Shown piece by piece: positions 57,961 through 64,000 of a DNA stretch of 64,000 nt. Origin of the DNA: Mobula birostris. Lineage: Eukaryota. The stretch's first letter is position 1, and every line of letters begins with the position of its first letter. Under the pieces are notes generated by a model. It saw only the letters and a list, made by a program, of their open reading frames with translations, was not told the DNA's origin and searched no databases. Position numbers and translations under genes: made by a program. Where the stretch lies: assembly GCF_030028105.1 (NCBI RefSeq), contig NC_092382.1:100456699-100520698 (forward strand). The letters run 5' to 3'.

Positions 57961-58715
57961 TCAAACAACAGGAATTCTGCAGATGCTAGAAATTCAAGCA
58001 ACACGCATCAAAGTTGCTGGTGAACGCAGCAGGCCAGGCAGCATCTCTAGGAAGAGGTACAGTCGACGTTTCAGGCCGAGACCCTTCGTCAGGTCTAACT
58101 GAAGGAAGAGTGAGTAAGAGATTTGAACGTGGGAGGGGGAGGGGGAGATCCAAAATGATAGGAGAAGACAGGAGGGGGAGGGATGGAGCCAAGAGCTGGA
58201 CAGGTGATTGGCAAAGGGGATATGAGAGGATCATGGGACAGGAGGTCCGGGGAGAAAGACAAGGGGGGGGGGGGAACCCAGAGGATGGGCAAAGGGTATA
58301 GTCAGAGGGACAGAGGGAGAAAAAGGAGAGTGAGAGGAAGAATGTGTGTATAAAAATAAGTAACAGATGGGGTACGAGGGGGAGGTGGGGTATTAGTGGA
58401 AGTTAGAGAAGTCAATGTTCATGCCATCAGGTTGGAGGCTACCCAGACGGAATATAAGGTGTTGTTCCTCCAACCTGAGCGTGGCTTCATCTTTACAGTA
58501 GAGCAGGCCGTGGATAGACATGTCAGAATGGGAGTGGGATGTGGAACTAAAATGTGTGGCCACTGGGAGATCCTGCTTTCTCTGGCGGACAGAGCGTAGG
58601 TGTTCAGCAAAGCGGTCTCCCAGTCTGCGTCGGGTCTCGCCAATATATAGAAGGCCACATCGGGAGCACCGGACGCAGTATATCACCCCAGCCGACTCAC
58701 AGGTGAAGTGCGTCC
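57961..58715 (-). mobile_element. Penelope-like retroelement, 3' part with GIY-YIG endonuclease
   Basis: VIYCVRCSRCGLLYIGETRRRLGDRFAEHL...PVATHF...LEEQHLIFRLGSLQPDGMN (ORF 58393-58785). Confidence 0.93.
58060..58098 (-). ncRNA. Minimal type I hammerhead ribozyme motif of the Penelope terminal repeat
   Basis: Minus strand: uuagac-CUGACGA-AGG(GUCUCGG)CCU-GAAAC-GUC-gacug; catalytic core intact, palindromic ACGU helix III, one mismatch in helix I. Confidence 0.75.
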
Positions 58716-58929
58716 GGTGCTCCCGATGTGGCCTTCTATATGTTGGCCACACTGTCAACATTAACAACACTGTGAACCTGCACAACAGCTATGAGTGTCC
58801 CATGGACGTGGGCCCCAAGATCTCTCACATATGTATTTAAAACACAGTTGAGTTTACGAAGGGCAAACAAAACTCCCTTCACGATGCTGTCAACTTGTGA
58901 AGCCGCTTTAAATGGACTCTCATTCCTCA

Positions 58930-60170
58930 ATGTAATGATACAGCTCTATAAAACTCTGGTTAGGCCACACTTGGAGTACTGTGTCCAGTTCTGGTTGCCT
59001 CGCTATAGTCATAGTCATAGTCATACTTTATTGATCCCGGAGGAAATTGGTTATCGTTATAGTTGCACCATAAATAATTAAATAGTAATAAAAACCATAA
59101 ATAGTTAAATAGTAATATGTAAATTATGCCAGGAAATAAGTCCAGGACCAGCCTATTGGCTCAGGGTGTCTGACCCTCCAAGGGAGGAGTTGTAAAGTTT
59201 GATGGCCACAGGCAGGAATGACTTCCTATGACGCTCAGTGCTGCATCTCGGTGGAATGAGTCTCTGGCTGAATGTACTCCTGTGCCCACCCAGTACATTA
59301 TGTAGTGGATGGGAGACATTGTCTAAGATGGCATGCAACTTGGACAGTATCTTGTTTTCAGACACCACCGTCAGAGAGGTCCAGTTCCATCCCCAAAACA
59401 TCACTGGCCTTACGAATGAGTTTACTGATTCTGTTGGTGTCTGCTACCCTCAGCCTGCTGTCCCAGCACACAACAGCAAATATGATCGCACCAGCAAATA
59501 TGATCGCACTGGCCACCACAGACTCGTAGAACATTCTCAGCATCGTCCGGCAGATGTTAAAGGACCTCAGTCTCCTTGTGAAATAGAGACGGCTCTGACC
59601 CTTCTTGTAGACAGCTTCAGTGTTCTTTGACCAGCCCAGTTTATTGTCAATTCGTATCCCCAGATATTTGTAATCTTCCACCATAGGAAGGATGTGGAAG
59701 CATTGGAAAGGATACAAAGGAGATTTACCAGGATGCTGCCTGGTTTAGAGAGTATGCATTATGATCAGAGATTAAAGGAGCTAGGGCTTTACTCTTTGGA
59801 GAGAAGGAGGATGAGAGGAGACATGATAGAGGTGTACAAGATAATAAGAGGAATAGATAGAGTGGATAGCCAGCGCCTCTTCCCCAGGGCACCACTGCTC
59901 AATACAAGAGGACATGGCTTTAAGGTAAGGGGTGGGAAGTTCAAGGGGGATATTAGAGGAGGGTGTTTTACTCAGAGAGTGGTTGGTGCGTGGAATGCCC
60001 TGCCTGAGTCAGTGGTGGAGGCAGATACACTAGTGAAGTTTAAGAGACTACTAACAGGTATATGGAGGAATTTAAGGTGGGGGTTTATATGGGAGGCAGG
60101 GTTTGAGGGCCGGCACAATATTGTGGGCTGAAGGGCCTGCAATGTGCTGTACTATTCTATGTTCTATGTT
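58930..60170 (+). mobile_element. CR1 3' region interrupted by a Rex1 element (59005-59675, minus strand)
   Basis: [18 protein letters not shown] | Rex insert | [13 protein letters not shown]...; tail ends at 60170. Confidence 0.9.
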
Positions 60171-60215
60171 CAACTCCATTTACCCTTCTCTCTCTCTCTC
60201 TGTCTCTCCCCAAAG

Positions 60216-60566
60216 ATCCCAAGAAAGACATCCGAGATCCCAAGGTGACCCTCTTCCAGCCGCCGCAGAAGGAGCTGAGGGAGAAAGGGAAAGCCACCTT
60301 GGTCTGCCTCATCACTGACTTCTACCCGGACAACCTCCGCATCCAATGGCTCCAGGGCGACTTTGTAATCCCGCCCAACGACACCCGGGTGCTGACCGAT
60401 GCGGAGTCGTCGAGCAATGCGGACAGGAGCGCCTTCAGCACCAGCAGCCAGCTGATCCTCGACGCGTTGGATTACGCCACGAGTAACAGGGTAGTGTGCC
60501 GCGCGGCTCACTACCAGAAAGGGTTCGACCCAAAGATGTACCAGGCAGAGGTCCGCGTCAAGCGAG
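60216..60566 (+). CDS. TRBC: T-cell receptor beta constant region, exon 1 (C1-set Ig domain)
   Basis: Polypyrimidine tract + AG (60214-15); 351-nt phase-1/phase-1 exon in frame with every intact J. Translates DPKKDIRDPKVTLFQPPQKELREKGKATLVCLITDFYPDNLRIQW...SSQL...VVCRAAHY...EVRVKR with both Ig cysteines and the W. Donor G|GTGAGC. Confidence 0.93.
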
Positions 60567-60714
60567 GTGAGCATAGGCAAGGCCAACAGCGGACGCTGGG
60601 CGGCCCTGGCGCGGGGCCGTAGCCGCACCCGACACGGTGCACCCGGGGGATTCGCCGGAAAGATCGGAAATCTCCGGCGCCAGCGATAGGGTAGCGCCCA
60701 AGAGCAAACGCCGG

Positions 60715-60880
60715 GCGTCCCGGCGTGCTGGGTTCAATACCGGCGCCGCCGTCTGAAAGGAGTTCGGCCGTGCTCCCCGTGACCGTGCAAGATTCCTCCC
60801 CCGCCCCCCGAGTTCTCCGGCGATCCTCCCACAATCCAAAGACGTGCCTGCAGCAGGTCCATTGTAAATTCTCCCGTGAA
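60715..60880 (+). mobile_element. Decayed V-SINE (HE1-like)
   Basis: GGGTTCAATACCGG B box and V-domain-like CTCCCCGTGACCG...TTCCTCC...TTCTCCGG...CTCCCACAATCCAAAGACGTG. Confidence 0.65.
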
Positions 60881-61109
60881 AAGACCCCGGGTTAAATCGG
60901 AGGGTTCGCTGCTCTTTGGGCCTGCACCTCCAGATAGACAGGTCGATGCATAGATGATCGCCGCCACCACCTCCCCCCCGGACGGAATCGCTCCCCCACC
61001 GGAGGTGCATCCCTCCACCCGCGAGATTGAGCGCGAACCGAGACGCGCCTTTACCAATACATTCCCTTCCGAAGCGCACCCTCCCTCGAGAGTGGAGGAG
61101 CGGGGGCGG

Positions 61110-63990
61110 GCAGGATACTGGACGTAGCTGTCATTATCAAGGATATGGTTCTTGGGAAGCTCAGACGTCTGAAGGCAGACAATTCAACTGGGCCGGATGG
61201 ATGGCACCTGGAGTTTATGAGAGGGGTTGAAGAGATTGTACAGGCATTAGCAATGAACTTCTGAGGAATCGTTCTGGTCTGGAATATGCTCCAGAGGACT
61301 TGGAAATGGCAAACGTCAGTCCACTCTTCTAGAAGGATTGGCGGCAGAAGAAAGGGAGTTATAGGCCGGTTAGCCCGACTTCAGTGGCCGGGAAGATGCT
61401 GGGGTCCACGATCAAGGGAGAAGGTTTCGGGGGTGCTGGGAGGCACGTGGTGAAGACAGCACGCGCTCCTTCAGGAGAAATCTGGCCTGAAAAATCAGTT
61501 CGAGATAGACACATAGAAACATAGAAAGCAGGTGCAGCAGTAGGCCATTCGGCCCTTCGAGCCTGCACCACCATTCAGTACGATCATGGCTGATCATCCA
61601 ACTCAGAACCCTGTACCTGCCTTCTCTCCATACCCCCTGATCACTTTAGCCACAAGGGCCATCTCTAACTCCCTCTTAAATATAGCCAATGAACTGGCCT
61701 CAACTGTTTCCTGTGGCAGAGAATTCCACAGATTCACCACTCTCTGTGTGAAGAAGTTTTTCCTCATCTCGGTCCTAAAAGGCTTCCCCTCTATCCTCAA
61801 ACTGGGACCCCTCGTTCTGGACTTCTTCAACATCGGGAACAATCTTCCTGCATCTAGCCTGTGCAATCCCTTTAAAATTTTATACGTTTCGATAAGATCC
61901 CCCCTCAATCTTCTAAATTCCGGCGAGTATAAGCCTAGTCGATCCAGTCTTTCATCATATGAAAGTCCTGCCATCCCAGGAATCAATCTGGTGAACCTTC
62001 TCTGTACTCCCTCTATGGCAAGAATGTCTTTCCTCAGATTAGGGGACCAAAACTGCACACAATACTCCAGGTGTGGTCTCACCAAGATATTGGAGGGAAG
62101 AACGGGCAGGATAGACAACTAAGAGTCCATGGATGTTCCTTACTGGGAAATTGTTTAATTTCAGAAGGATTTTGACAAGGTGCCGCATGAGAGGCTGCTT
62201 AAAGGATTAGGAGCCTATGGACGCTAGCATGGATGGAAGATTATCTGACTGGCGGGGTGGGAGGGGGCGGTCAAAGAGTCGGAATAAAAGGGGAGTTTTC
62301 TAATTGGCTGCCGGTGGCGTTCCATAGGGGTCTGTGTTGGGACCGACTCTTCTTTTTACATTATATGTCAATGACTTCGATGACAGCATTGATGGCTTTG
62401 TGGCAACGATTACGGAATGGTAGAAGATAGGTGAAGGGGCAGGTGGCGTTGACAATGGGCACTGTCGTGAAAGATGCTGGAATACAGTGTCGGCCAGTGT
62501 ATGATCATGCACTTCGGTAGAAAGAATAAACGGGGAGAAAATTCAAAACATCGGAGGTGCAAACGGACTTGTGCAGGGTTGCTTCAAGGTTAACTTAGAA
62601 CCATAGAAACATAGAGCACTACAGCACAGAAAACAAGCCATTCGGCCTTCTAGTCTGTACTGAAACATTATTCCGCTAGTCCCATCACCTGAACCCAGCC
62701 CACAACACTCCAGACCTCTCCCGTCCATGTATCTATCCAATTTGTGATTAAAACTTGGGAGTGAGCCCGCATTTACGACGTCAGATGGCAGCTCGTTCCA
62801 CATTTCCTCCACTCTCTGACTGAAGAAGTTCCCCCTAAATATTTCCCCTTTCAACCCTAAAGCCATGTCCTCTCGTATTTATCTCCCCTAATCTAAGTGG
62901 AAAGAGCCTATTCACATTTACTCTGTCCTCACCCCTCATAATTTAGTAACCTCTATCAAATCTCCCCTCATTCTTCTACGCTCCAAGGAATAAAGTCCTG
63001 ACCTGTTCAATCTTTCTCTGTAGCTCAACTCCTGAAGACCCGGCAACGTCCTAGCAAATCTCCTCTGCACTCTTTCAATCTTACTGATATCCTTCCTATA
63101 GTTAGGTGACCAGGACTGCAAACAATAGTCCAAATTTGGCCTCACTAATGTCTTATACAACCTCACAATAACATCCCAACTCCTATACTCAGTACTTTGA
63201 TTTATAAATGCCAGGATGCAAAAGCCTTCTTCACAACCTGTCTACCTGTGACGCCGCATTCAGGGAATTATGTATCCTGAACTCCCAGATCCCTTTGTTC
63301 CTCCCACTCCTCAGTGCCTCACCATTTACTGCGTATGCCCTACCTTGATTTGTCCTTCCAAAAATGCAACACCTCACATTTGTCTGCATTACGTGTTCGC
63401 GCGTGGTTAAGGCGTTCGTCTAGTGATCTGAAGGTCGCCAGTTCGAGCCTTGGCTGGGGCAGCGTGTTGTGTCCTTGAGCGAGGCACTTAACCACACATT
63501 GCTCTGCGACGACACCGCATGGGTCCCTAGTGCCCTTCCCTTGGACAACATCGGTGGCGTGGAGAGGGGAGACTTGCAGTATGGGCAACTGCCGGTCTTC
63601 CGTACAATCCTTGCCCGGGCCTGCGCCCTGGAAACCTTCCATGGTCTCACGAGACTAACGGATGCTAATATATATAAAAAAAACTTGTCTCACACTTGTC
63701 AACTTGCACGTTGAGTAAGCGGTAAGAAAGGCAATTGCAAGGCTGGCCATTCATTCGAGAGGACTGGAATATAGGACCAAGGGTGTGCTTGCTGATTCTT
63801 TATACGGCATTGCTCAGCCCGCACATGGAGCACTGGGAAGCGGTTTTTGGGCTCCTCGCCTCCGAGTAGATGTGCCTGCTGGTACAGGTGAAAGTCCAGA
63901 GGAGGTCCACGAGAATGAGCCCAGGAATGAAAGGGTTAACACGTGAGGGGCATTTGCTGGCGCCGGGCCTGTGCTTGCTTCAGTAGGTGG
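61110..63990. mobile_element. Cluster of CR1 fragments (61508-62090 and 62597-63390 minus; others plus) and a CORE SINE (63393-63670, +)
   Basis: ORFs 61603-62118 and 62936-63166; SINE head and core motif. Confidence 0.85.
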
Positions 63991-64000
63991 CGGGGAGGGC

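Noticed and set aside
60830-60945. Short AG...GT intervals after C exon 1 as candidate hinge exons (e.g. ACGTGCCTGCAGCAG; ATAGACAG)
   Set aside because: One lies inside a V-SINE and neither encodes the expected interchain cysteine in the correct phase.
2085-63714. Dozens of 60-350-aa ORFs with RT-like peptides as host genes
   Set aside because: All are fragments of CR1, Rex1, RTE, L1 or Penelope elements, or antisense shadows of them, with stops, frameshifts and element tails.

Overview
Vertebrate genomic DNA, most likely from a cartilaginous fish and probably a ray. This is inferred from the HER1/CR1-type LINEs, V-SINE and CORE-SINE copies, Penelope elements and the TCR protein motifs, not from a database match. 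The window holds the D-J-C part of a T-cell receptor beta (TRB) locus on the + strand. It has one D segment (10107-10119) with a 12-spacer RSS 5' and a 23-spacer RSS 3'. Seven intact 50-nt J segments follow (12219, 14938, 23551, 24120, 24929, 25296, 34808; xxxE[AQ]YFGxGTKLVVL, each with a 12-RSS and GT donor). There is also one clear pseudo-J (25797), two J relics (~13.0 and ~16.2 kb), and the Ig-domain exon of TRBC (60216-60566). No V segment and no later C exons were recognised. Most of the rest is retroelement-derived: CR1 LINEs (one with an open 559-aa RT frame), Rex1/Babar, RTE and L1-clade fragments, Penelope elements with hammerhead-ribozyme motifs, and tRNA-derived SINEs. These inflate the J-C intron to 25-48 kb. 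Non-obvious structure includes polypurine tracts beside the J segments, uniformly non-consensus J RSSs, a hairpin behind some J donors, four arrays of a CR1-derived 61-bp minisatellite, a G-rich 52-bp minisatellite and a candidate enhancer in the J-C intron, and an unclassified ~675-bp element with double inverted repeats. Repeat boundaries are read by eye and approximate; D, J, RSS and C coordinates were counted base by base.
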